From Klebsormidium nitens (taxonomy: Eukaryota > Plantae > Klebsormidiophyceae): a stretch of 64,000 nt of DNA. The DNA lies in the NCBI GenBank assembly GCA_000708835.1, contig DF237001.1:205790-269789 (forward strand), written 5' to 3'. Both the position numbers and the translations under genes were made by a program. This document shows, in pieces, positions 43,201 to 54,567 of the stretch; position 1 is the stretch's first letter; every line of letters begins with the position of its first letter. The notes under the pieces were generated by a model. That model saw nothing but the letters and a program-made list of their open reading frames with translations, was not told the origin of the DNA and did not search any database.

Positions 43201-46200
43201 TATGTCGCGTGCTGCGAGACTGCTGCTCACCTGCTGGGGCGCGGGAGCTGGGGTGAGAGTGACGCGCGCCGGGCGCCAGCTAGGCCCGGGCAGGATCCAG
43301 CCCTTCTTGACAGCGGCCTGCAGCATGTTGATCATCTGGCCCAGCGCCAGCTCCTTGAGCGCCGGCCCACCTGCCTGCAGCATGCCACGGGCAGCCGCAT
43401 ACCTGCCAAAACACAAGTAGCAGCGGGGTCAGGACTGGATCGTGTGCGTCCAAGCAGACACGTCACACCCCCAAGAGGGAGTGCGTTTACAGTGGCAGGA
43501 CCGAAATACGAATCTTCATTGTCACCTATCTGCTCTTTGATTGAGTATATGTTTGTATCACTTTTGCTTTAAAAGTAAGTGGACAAGTAGACAAGGTAGA
43601 GGCACTCATGTTTTGAAGCCCTCTACGTCCGATGTGGTTGATGACAGGGGGCTGGCACGAAACTCAGGAGCTTCCGTAATGCAAACTTTGCAATTGCGCT
43701 GCACTCCTTTCGTGACTTGGAAACTTGTAGAGACCCCAACAAGGATCCAAGCTTGCTGCTTGGATAAGCCCCGACGCCATGGCCACATATGCAACAGTAA
43801 TCCAAAACATGAGAAATCGACAAGCAACCGTCTTCGCACACTACCCCGCCCTCCCACGTTTCCTGACCTGGTGTACGACCCCTCGATGACGGCGCGCCCC
43901 TTGGCGGTGCGCAGGCAGTCCTCGAGCGCGGCCCACTGCTGCGCGGGGTAGGTCATGGTGTAGTGCGGGTCCACAAAGCGCCAGCTGGGCATCCCCTGCG
44001 GCAGCAGCACCTCGCGGCTCGCCAGCGTGCTGGGCACCAGCGCGCCCTCCGCAATGGCCGCCTTCACGGCCGCCTCCCACACGCCGTCCGGCACAAACCA
44101 CTGCTTCACCTCCGTGCCCCCCGCCATGACCGACTGCGGCCGCATGAGCTGCACGACGCGCGCACGGATGTTGGCCTCCGTGGGCGCCATGAGGTCGCGC
44201 CGCAGGCTGGCCGCTGTGCCCTTGAGCAGCACCGGGGGGAGGGGCACCATCAGCGGCTCCGCCTCCGGAGGGTCCGCCGACACGACGACGCGCGGCTCGG
44301 GGGCGCTACGGGGGGGCTCGGGAGGGGGGACCTGNNNNNNNNNNNNNNNNNNNNNNNNNNNNNNNNNNNNNNNNNNNNNNNNNNNNNNNNNNNNNNNNNN
44401 AGGGGGGACCTGCACCGTAGGGCGTATCGGCTGGGCTGGCGTCGGGTTGGAGGGCGGGTTGGAGTACGGCATTCTCGGGGGCGGGGAGGGCTGGATTGCC
44501 TGTTGCGGGGGGTTCTGAGGAAAGTCGTAGGCGTGCTCTCCGGCTTTGGGGGTGAGGGCGAGGGCCACAGAGCCTGGGGCGGGGCCAGCACGGATGTCGA
44601 GGTAGCCAGCACGCTGCGCGGCTTCAATGTACTTGAAGGGCGTCTCATATGGGCCGTAACCACCCAGCGAGGCAAACAGCTCCCCGTGCTCGTTGCGCAG
44701 CATCGAGATAACCTGGCAAACAAGAGAGCAGCGAGTCAGAGACTGGCAACGGTACGAGCATTGGAAATGATAGGCCTTCTGCAACACTCCTAGAGGATCA
44801 AACTAGTCAGAAGAAAGACTTGAAGAGACTCCTCTTGAACAAGCCGCAAGGAGAGCGCCACCCAACACTCGTTGCTCACCTGTCTCTGGTCGGGTGGCTG
44901 TCCCCCTGCCTGCCTCTGCAGCTCCCACACCACTGCCACAAGGGTACGGAACTCGCCGGGAGCAACCGGGGGAGGCGCCGCACTCGAAGGCGGCCCCTGG
45001 TAGCGAGGCGGGGCAGGCCCCCTTGGCTCTGCTCTCGCTTCTGAAAAGGAGGGCCTTGGCGGATTCTGGTAGTAGTGAGCGGGCGGCGCCGGGCCCCTTG
45101 CCTGACCGTAAGTGGAGGGCGGGGCCACAGGCGGCCGGGGGTCGTACGGCCGTGGGGAGACAGCACCGTTGGGGCGAGGCCCCGAGAAAGCAGGCTCTGG
45201 GGTGTGCAACAGCGGGGACCCTTGAGAATACTGAACAGGAGGGGCTTGGTTGTACTGAACCGGAGGGGTTTGGTTGTACTGCACCGGGGGAGTCTGATTG
45301 TACTGAACTGGGGGCTTCTGGTTGTACTGGACTGAAGGGCTTTGATTGTACTGACCCTGAGAACTTTGGTTCGTGTGACTCGGCTGGGTCTGGTTGTTGT
45401 GCCCCTGGCCATAGTTCGCATTCGTCTCTGGCTCCTCCGCGAGGGCCCCGCTCGACCTGCGCGACGAGCCGGCAGACTGGCGAGCAGGATAAATACGCGT
45501 GAGCTTGAAGCCTTCTTTGGTGCGCACGTCCTCGTCCACGAGGCACACGTCGGGCAGCGCCTTGAGCAGCGCCAGCAGGTTGGGGAAGCCCATGCCCACC
45601 CAGTTAATCTTGAAGCCGTGCGTGCGCAGCGCCTGCATCACCTCGCCCACCGAGCACCCGTCCGGGTGGCCCTTCACAATTGTGGACAGCATCTCCCGCA
45701 CGGCAGAAGACACGCCGCGCCCCTGCGACTCTCCCCCTCGTGCTGCTGGAGAGTCCATCTCCTCGCCCCTCGACGCCTCTGTCTGCGAATTCCGAGGCTC
45801 TTCATCCCCCCACCCAGTCGACGAGCCTCCCTGGCGGCTGCCTTCCCCTTGATTGTAGCCCCGCGTCTCTTTCTGACTGTACTGCGGCCTCCTTTCCCCG
45901 GAGGGAGGAGGGCTGAGGACAGACTGGCGCTTGGCCTTCGGGACGGGGTCGAGCTGGTCGCCGCGCGCAAGGCCGGCCCAGTCCCAAACCAGGGAGGCAG
46001 CGTTGACGAGGCTGGGCTTGGCGGACAGCGTGGTGGCCAGCATGATGTTGTACTGCCGGAACTTGAGGCGGTGCAGCACGTTGGAGAAGTCGCGGTCGCC
46101 CGAGATGAGCAAAAAGTGCGCCGGGGGGGGGTGGTCCAGCGCCCATAGCACCATGTCCACCTGCCAACACGAGCGGCATGCGCTTAGAGATCACGCGCAC

Positions 46201-47339
46201 TGAGTGCTCCCTGCAACTTTCCAAGCGACACCACATTCTTGATGCTAATGCAATCTAGCACGAATTATTAACAGCTAAAGTAGAGGGCCCAAATCAAATC
46301 GGAGCAGAATCTAGTACAAACAAGTCAACAATCCTCATGCTTGAAGCAACCGTTCAATCTGTCCTTGACCTGACAACCCCAAATCTTGTTGTCCACCCCG
46401 CCTTCAGTGTGAACAGAGTATTTTCCATGGGTTTGTTCAGCAGCTAGCCCTCCTTGCCCTGCCAGGCTGCACAGCCTCACCAGGATAGCTTTATCGCTGG
46501 CCTCCTTGCGACCGCGCGCAACATGCAGCAGGTGCACCCCCGTGCTGCTGAGGCCTGAGTTGACCTCCACCGGCAGAATGGACGTGTCCGCATACGCCTG
46601 GATGTGAATCACGCCGGACAGCCCGCGCTGCCGCAGCGCCGTAAAGATGTGACCCACCAACTCTGCTGCCTCCACCGAGTTGGGGACATGGCAGTTCTCC
46701 AGGTCCCTGAGCCAGAGCGAGCAAAAGACGATCAGGGCCCTTGAATCTCTGAGCCATGACTGCTGTCAAGGCCGGCAAAGCTCTTCCACCTTATCTTGTA
46801 TAACCTACAAATGGTGTCATCCTCGAGCTGAAGGCTTGGGCTTGAAGCCTTTCTCCGACATAAGTGCACATGAGTCATAAGCATGGAAGAAGGAAATGTC
46901 GCCAAGAAAAAGGAAACCCTTGCAAAACCCTTGCAAAAGCAAGGATTTGCGAGCAACCTGGAATGGTCACCAGCAGCCCAGTTGAATGTTCACCGACAGA
47001 CATTGGAACAAGGACACGGCAAAGTCAAGAGGCTTGAATCTATCTTGGATCTTGGATGGCAATGCTCTGCATCCTGCAATGCAAGATGAACAAACTCAAC
47101 CCAACCTGCTTGTCATTGACCTTAATCCCATGCCAAGTGCTTTGCTGAACAAACAACAAACAAAAGCTCGAAGTCACTGCAGCAATCAATGTGCGCAGTC
47201 TAGAGCAATGCTCCGATCATTTGTGCCAGAGACTCCTGCAGACAGACTCTCTTGGGCTCCCGCATGCTGTGGCTCACCAGAAGACAGCCACCGGAGCCGT
47301 TGGCGCCGGCAAAGGTCCCACCGCCTCCTCATCCTTCAT
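40240..47339 (-). CDS. NYN-domain endoribonuclease with multiple OST-HTH/LOTUS domains (MARF1/Limkain-b1/DNE1 superfamily)
   Basis: Exon 47339-47278 (..VAVFW) splices in phase to the exon from 46706 (DLENCHVP..KEASDKAIL), then the exon from ~46160 (VDMVLW..LISGDRDFS). LOTUS motifs GFPNLLALLKALPDV (~45600), GFLKFSQMLAAMPDV (~42340) and GYPKLRDLLQALPS (~41310). Stop at 40240. One exon spans an N gap. Confidence 0.9.
44335..44400. other. Assembly gap (66 N) inside a proline-rich coding exon
   Basis: Run of N flanked on both sides by AGGGGGGACCTG. Confidence 0.98.
45222..45365 (-). repeat. 24-bp coding tandem repeat x6 encoding QYNQ(S/K/T/A)P(S/P)V-like octapeptides
   Basis: Units such as TTGGTTGTACTGAACCGGAGGGGT; translation QYNQSPSVQYNQKPPVQYNQTPPVQYNQTPPVQYNQAPPVQYSQ. 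Confidence 0.92.
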
Positions 47340-47821
47340 GGCCACGACTTGCAAGGGAGAAAGGTGGCTGCGACGAACAAGAAGAAGGCCCCACTGAGCT
47401 GTAGGAGAAGCGGCTTGACCCTGGGGCGTCGGACGACGGAAGGGCAACGAAGCGCCCTATCCAACTTCCGAATCCAAGTGATCGTGCTGGGCTCAGCGCA
47501 GTAGCCCAGTGGGGCAGCCTGTTCCTGCTTCCTTGGACTCGGAGAGGCAAATTCACGATCTCACCATGTCCATGCTGAAGTGAAACTCAGTTCATGCATC
47601 CCCAGGAAAGTTTAGTTGCACTCATTGCCAGAGCTAATAGACAACAGAGTGGGTAGGAAGTTTCTATTGCCCCAGCTAGGCGCCCGCATGGTGTTTAGTG
47701 TTCCTATGCCAGTGCATGGTGGTCTTCTTCGTGATCATGGTGGAGTGTGGGAAGTGCGCAGCAGCCTGATGAACAGATCGTTGGAGAAACGCAGCCGCTA
47801 AGTCGGCCTCACCACCGCAGG
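47340..47821. promoter_or_regulatory. Short bidirectional promoter/5'UTR interval between the NYN gene and the YLPM1-like gene
   Basis: 482 bp between divergent ATGs at 47339 (-) and 47822 (+). Confidence 0.55.
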
Positions 47822-50800
47822 ATGGCGTCCCATCCGCTGGTGACACCAGAACAGGTGGCCTCAGCTGGGCGTGCCGCCGGGGTGTGCTACTACTGCGGGG
47901 CGCCGCTAGGGGCGGCGCACCACTCGTACTGCACCCTCGTCAAAGCGCTGCCACAGGCGCCCTACAGCGCTCCGACAGTGCCACCGCCGCACCACCAGTA
48001 TGACTCACAGGCTAGCACCCCGGGGTACGAACAGTACAACCAGCTGCCCGCGTCAGGGCACACTTTCTTTCAAAGCGCGGCACCAGCGGCAGGGAGCGCG
48101 GTAGACCACGCGCAATGGCAGCCTTATGACAGCCAATGGTTTGACGCTGGGGCCACCCCTCCAGATCAAGATTGGCATGAGGTGGCGCCTCCATCCCCCC
48201 CACCCCCGCCTCCGGGCCCAGAAGAAGGGCCACCTCCTTTGCCCCCTGAAGACGGCCATGCTCCACTGCCACCAGCTGAGCAGCCACCTCCCCCACCAGA
48301 GGAGCCAGCCGAGGGCAGCTGGGAAGCTGGCCACTCGTGGAATGGGGCGCAGTCGGGGCAAATAGAACCTCCTTGGGGTTTGCAGGCCGGGTCCTCCGGA
48401 ATGCAAGTCATGTCATTGTGGACACACGAACAAGGGCCCGCCCCGCCGGACCAGCAGGACGCGTTGTCAGGGAGGGTGCGCTGGGTGGATGGACCTCACC
48501 CTCACGGTGGTAATCCCCAGTGGGAAGGGCTGGCTTGGGGCCATGCCGGGGGGGCTGCGGCAGCGGCCTCGAGCTCACCCCCTGACCACGAGCAGCCTCC
48601 CGACCACCTGTCTTCAGGCCAGAACCAACCGCTGAGCGCCCCCCAGGGTTCTTTTCATCCCAGCAGTTCAGCTGGTCCATTGGAGGGGCAGGTGTTTGCT
48701 CCTCCCCCCTGGCAGCGGCCGGCAGCCCAGCCGGACGGTGCGGGGCTGGCCAGTGGGGCAGCTTCAACAGCAGACGTCCAGCCCGCAGGCGGGGCAGGTC
48801 GAGGGTCGGGGATGGAGAGCATCCGCGACTATTACGCAGCCCCCGGCCAGCCGCAAATAGGCGCACACATGCTGCTGAGCATGCTGCAAGGGGGGCCGTA
48901 TTTGGGGGCTCCAGACCCACGACCAATGGTGAGTCTGCAGGATCCAACTTCTGCTGATGTGGAGTCTCTTTGGGGAGCGCTAGTCAGTGGCTCACTGTGA
49001 GGTGGACCTCCACCGATTCTCGATCCCCGTCGAGGAAGCTTGAAGGAATGCGGCGGGGCAGTAGAGCGCGCTGCACTGGTTATCGTTCTCATACCCCCTA
49101 AGCGGACACTCGCCTCATGTCTCCAGATGGCGCCGGCGATGCCCCTCCCCTTCCCGCTCCACCACACGCCCCCCCTGGTGTCTGTCCCTGAGCAGCCGCG
49201 GCGAGTGGATGCGCGCGACATCTTCAAGCAGCCTGGGCGCAGTACCCGACCTGACCGCTTTGTCGTCATCCTGAGGGGGCTCCCAGGTGAGGAGGGGGCA
49301 AGCTGCGATGATCTGAGCCTGCCATTGATTGTCTTCCCTCACGTCCACCGGATCTGCCATACCATTCGCATCTGTCCTGCCGTGCGACCTACTACATGGT
49401 TGGGAATCGATGCACGTTCGCACTCGTTATGGTCGTACGGGCCTGGCCTGAAGGGGGCTTGGTTTTGCCAGCTCAGGCTCTGTCGAAGGCCTTCGTTGAT
49501 TTGTCTGTTTCATTCATGTAAGTATGCGGGGCTTTATGGCGGTGGGCGTTACTACAGAAAGCACGGTGAGCTGCAGTTTGAAGTAGGTACAACCCACCCC
49601 TCTCTTGACTTCAGGCAGCGGCAAGAGCCACCTGGCGCGTGCGCTGCGCGACGTGGAGGTCATGAACGGGGGCTCCGCGCCGCGCGTGCACACCATGGAC
49701 GACTACTTTGTCACGGAGGTGGAAAAGGAGGTGAGTGCCTGCGCTGGGAGCCTGTTAGCGGTTGATGATGTGTAGGTTGCCTTGTCGCCTCCTTCGTCTT
49801 CTGTTGCCTCATTATTGGTTTGGGGAATGATGCATTGTACGCTCTTCTTCCGCCGCCTCCTCTTCTGTGCTTTCTTTCCTCGTCTTCCCTGGCTCGTTAC
49901 CAATAGGTTGAAACCGTATTTTGCAGGTGGAGGTGGAGGACGGGCGCGGCAGGAAGCGCAAGTCTGCGCATACGGCCATGGAGTACGTCTACGAGCCCGA
50001 GCTGGAGCAGGTGCGGCCGACCACCAGCCCCGCACAGCGCGGCTACGAGTCACCCAGAGGAACACGAGATGCTTCTCCTTCGGCTAGTGACTTCTGGCCG
50101 TCGTGGCATGTGGAATCTGATGGTCAGCAAATGCTCAACACACCTTTTCACATCGCTGACGAAGTTCTGGGTGGTGGTTGTTTCGCAGGCGTACGCCGCG
50201 AGCATGCTCAAGGCGTTCAGGAAGACGCTGGAGGAGGGGCGCTTCCACTTCGTCATCGGTATGTGCGCTCTGCAGGCGGCCCGCTGCCCCTCTCCGATGC
50301 TGCTGTTCCTTCCGGATATTCTGTCGTCGTTTTTGCCGCATGTTCCTCATCTCCTCTGTTTCCCGTTAACACGGTAAGAGGGGAAAGGTCTCCCGTAATG
50401 GTAACAGCTGTTGTACTTGGAAGCTGAAAGAACAACAGAACAACAGCTTTGTCATCTTGTACTCGCTTCTGAATCTTCTGCCATCCTCCTCGTTACAAAA
50501 GGGCATCGAATCGGGAAGCCCAAAAACCTGTCCCGTACTCATGTGCTTGATGGGCAGCCGCGTCAGCGTATTACGACGCCCATCCCGATGCCTTTGGCTT
50601 GCTTGCTGCCTGCGCTGACCCCGGTGCAGAGCTTGCGCTAACGCTGTTGTCCCCGGTGCCACTGAAGTGGACTACTGGAATCTTGTCGTGTCTGAGTTTG
50701 AGCCCTACTGGAAGGCCGCCAAGGTACACCATGCTCCCTTCATCTCGCTGCCCCTCTGGTCGGCTAAAAGCTCTGCTCAAAGTAGTTTCGGTATTCCTCA

Positions 50801-53138
50801 GAACTTCGATGTTTCTGCACGATGTGCTCTCGTGTTCAAATGTGGAGCGCGGGTCCAGGAAACGTGATCACGATGGATACGGCGTTCAGTCAATCTCGTT
50901 CTGATGTTGGCAGTCACTTAGCTCGTCTACCGGGTTTGTCCGTCGTGTATTGGCACGTCCGTTCTGTTCTTATTGATCCGCGCTGACGTTCTGTTGCCCT
51001 CCCCTGCCTCTGGCGACCGTCTTCCCCGCCGGCGTCCGTTCTCCCTCCCCCCCGTTGCTGCTGTTTGCTCTCGGTAATTGGCCCTGCTCGCTTGCCGCTC
51101 TCCTCCCTGCTTGTTGCTCCGCTATAGAGCTCCGGCTTTGAAGTGTACGTGTTGCAGCCAGCAAAGCTCGACCCAGAGGTGAGGCCACACGCGCTGCGGG
51201 GCGCACTATGCCCATCATAGTTTTCTAACCGAAGTGACCCTTTTTGGAGGTCAATCCGTGACACCATCGTTTGAATTGGCTAGAGAAAAGTGGCAGTTTT
51301 GTTCGTTCGTATGAATTTTAAGTGGCATTGTGTCTGTTGCCTACACCCCGATTCGCAAGATTCGTTTCTAGGTCGATTTCCGATTCGCCTGATACACGGG
51401 CATCGACAGGAGGCCTTGCGGCAGCCCGCTCAGCGTCCCCTTTGACGCGCGCCCCCTTGCTGTGCAGGCATGTGCCAGGCGTAACATCCACGGCTTCACT
51501 TTAGAAGCGGTCACGGACATGGCCCGCCGCTGGGAGCCACTGCCGCCGCAGTACCTCCAGCTAGACGTGCAGGTACCAAACGCTACGCAGCCAGCCGCGC
51601 TCGAATCAGGTTTGGGGCATGCTTGCGGGGATCGACGCAAGTAGGAATAAGAGGTCGCACCCATGGCGAGTGTGACCTTGCAGGGAGTCACACTCGCCTT
51701 TAGTTTCAGAGGCTTGCTTGAATTTTCAGTCTGATTGTATACGCTAAAAAGGCCGGATGGTCGGCCGACTCCTTGACGTTGACTTCTGCCTGGCCGCCTG
51801 ACGTGGCTTGTCGCTCGTGGTGACGGCAGTCGTTGTTCCGCGGCGACCTTCTTGATACGGGCGACATCGCGGAGGTGGACATGGACGCCGACCCCGATCC
51901 GGCCCCGCCAGCCGCGCCCGCAGCCGCAGCAGCCGGCAAGCGGCCCCTCTACGAGAGCGACGAAGAAGGTGAGTGCGGCATGCTCTCCGCCGTGCCTCTG
52001 CCGACCAGCAGTCGAGCCATCTGAAGTGCCGCTCTGAAGAGAGACCGCTTGTAAGATGAAGAAAGAGTTGCATTTAGTAGTCATTCTGAGTAGTCATTCT
52101 GCTGCGGTCTAGGTGGTCCCGCCTGAACCTACGGTACTATGGAGTACACAGGTGTGCTTAAGGACGCGGCAAGCTGCGATCCTGATATTTCTTCGTGCCA
52201 TTGTTAGCAGATGCGGACACTCCCCACCACGCGCCCCCTTCCCGCCCGTCGGCGCGGCCTGACAAGGGAGCCTTCCGCGAGCGCGACACGAAGTGGCGGG
52301 CAACAGACAGCCCGTCCCGCAGGCAGCCGCCCCAGCCGGGGGCGACCTCAGGCACGGCGAGCAAGGGCGGGCCGCGGAAAGAGGTCAAGTGGGCCGACCT
52401 CGAGGTAAGGGCTACCGAGGCGGTGTATTGCCACCGGCCGTGCAGCGGACACTTTGAGCTGCAAGTCGACTTTATGGCCAAGGCTGCGCTGTGCCTGGGC
52501 GCGGGAGCATGCAGGTGTTCCAAGGAAGGTGGCGGCCAGTGTTCAGCTCTGCTTTCTCGTATTAAGAGGGCTCAACTTGGCTTGCTGAATTGCGTTTACG
52601 TCTGACGGGACTCCTTCTACCGTGGCCCAGGGCGAGAAGGAGGCTGCCAAGGGTTTCCGCATCGGCGTGGACCTGAGCAAGAAGCGGAAGCTTGAGATCG
52701 GCCCGGGGGCGGGCTACACCCAGGTGCGCATCCGGCCGTTCAGCAAGCGCTTGCTTCCGCCGATCCCTGCCGAATCTGCCCAGATTGAAGATTTGTGGGA
52801 TGTGACTGCTTGCCTTGCCACTGGCGACTATGTTCCAAAGTCTGCCTCGCATTTTGATCGCTCTTTATGGTAAGTCAAGGCTGGGGCAGATTGAATGCTT
52901 GTTTGTTTAGGAGCCTAGAGAGGTGAAGTCTGCATGGCCAGATTGACTGAGATGTAAGCTCCGGTTGGGGTGTCCGGTTGCGCAGGACCAGACGGGCCCG
53001 CTCCAGCACAGTAGCGCGCACGAGCATGCAGCATGGGCGCGGAAAGTGAAGGCGCAGGTGCGGGACGAGGCGGAAGCGTTCAAGGCCGTTGTGGCACGGA
53101 GACGACAACGGATCGGAGTTGAGGAGGACGACGACTGA
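47822..53138 (+). CDS. YLPM1/ZAP3-like protein with Pro-rich N-terminus and C-terminal P-loop kinase-fold domain (At5g62760-like)
   Basis: Exons 47822-48928, 49196-49286, 49615-~49728 and further small exons. Spliced FVVILRGLPG|SGKSHLARALRDVEVMNGGSAPRVHTMDDYFVTEVEKE, MEYVYEPELE, SMLKAFRKTLEEGRFHFVI|VDYWN, GFEVYVL, CARRNIHG, IAEVDMD and KEVKWADLE match YLPM1 blocks. TGA at 53136-53138. Confidence 0.9.
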
Positions 53139-53379
53139 AGACACGGCAGACTGGCAGGAGCAAAATTGCCTGCACCGCTGACCATCTTGTACTGCAATTG
53201 TCTTCACGACAATGCATTGCTGATCGCCCATTGTGTACGTGCCCCTCCTTACAACGACTCTACTAAGGTGCGTCATTTGTCACACGGTCGCGCGCCGTCT
53301 GAAGCACGCGACGGTCGAAGAGGGTCACACTAACGAGATGCGGGACTTGGCATGAAGCCTGCAGCGATTTCGTTTGACG

Positions 53380-54300
53380 GCCGGGCCGATTAGCGCCGCC
53401 ACGCGTTGGTCGGACGCATGTGGGCGATCGACTGCCGGGTGATCAAACCTTTCATTCTCGTACATATGGACGTAACCACGGGTGTATGCTGGTTACATTA
53501 GACGGTTCACGGTTGCATGCAGTGCACAGCCGCCCCAATCAGAGCGCCCCAGCCCGGCGCATGCTTTATGCATGTTACTCGCCTATATGACCTAGTTCGA
53601 TCAACAGTGACTACCGCCGCGGCGCACAGCCGATCGGATTGCATCGCAAATATGCCTGACAACCCATGATTATGCGTTTTGGCAATTAGGCCGGCGCGGC
53701 AGGCTTGACGTGGGTTGCCAGCCCGGAGCGCTTGCCGCCATATGTGGTAATTGGAGCATGCGCACGTGGACTGCAATTGATTGTCAAATCCCGGTGACAT
53801 GTCATGTTTGATTTCAATCCGCATATATCTATAAGCTCAGTGAGCAGGCCAAGAATACTGGTACACGCGCCGTTTCAGTCCTGCAATATTTGAACAGCTG
53901 TCATTGTGCGCTGGCAATGCTTGGAGTTATTGAGAAACCTGAAATGGATGCAAATTCGTACGAATGTGAGGCTGCAATAACTTCGAGTGGCCGAAACAAG
54001 GCCGGTCCTGAGTGACCGGGCCCGGCCGAGCAGTGCGCAGCGCGGTCAGGCTGGCTTTGAAAAGATTCAATCTATATTCAAAAATCTTTGTAGTAGTTAA
54101 TTGGTGAACAGGATACTGAATTCTTCTCCATAACCGGCGCAGGATCCTGCCATGCTGCACCATGCCGCCTCGCCAGCATCCAGCTAGTCGGATACTGCTA
54201 CCTGGCACCAGCACGTGACCCAACACTGTATGTCCGCTAGCAAGCACCAAGCCTGCTAGTCTTACTACATAAAAACTAGCAGTCGAGCTCATCTCAGATT
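53380..54300. other. Intergenic palindrome-rich island between convergent YLPM1-like and Era genes
   Basis: GCATGC, ATGCAT, CATATG, GCCGGC, CGATCG, GACATGTC, CCGGTC..GACCGG, CAGCTAGTCG; non-coding. Confidence 0.55.
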
Positions 54301-54567
54301 CCTAAGTCCTCATTCTACCCAACCACCTTTTCGCGGCACAAAGGGTCATATGATCCAGATCCCTCTACTTGTGTCCGTCGGACCTGTACGTGGTCACAGA
54401 TGTTCGCTTTTCTCAGTTGTGTAGGACATTCAGAACAACCTGTGCAACATCTGATCAGTTCTATCAATGCATAATCTCCCCCTCGAATTTGACACTTTTC
54501 GATGCATGGCCTGTGTCAGGAGCCCTGTGGTCAGCCCCAATCCGGATCCGCGGTCGGCTGTCAGGAC

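Noticed and set aside
43963-46148. Long plus-strand ORFs overlapping the NYN gene
   Set aside because: Antisense shadows of high-GC3 exons.
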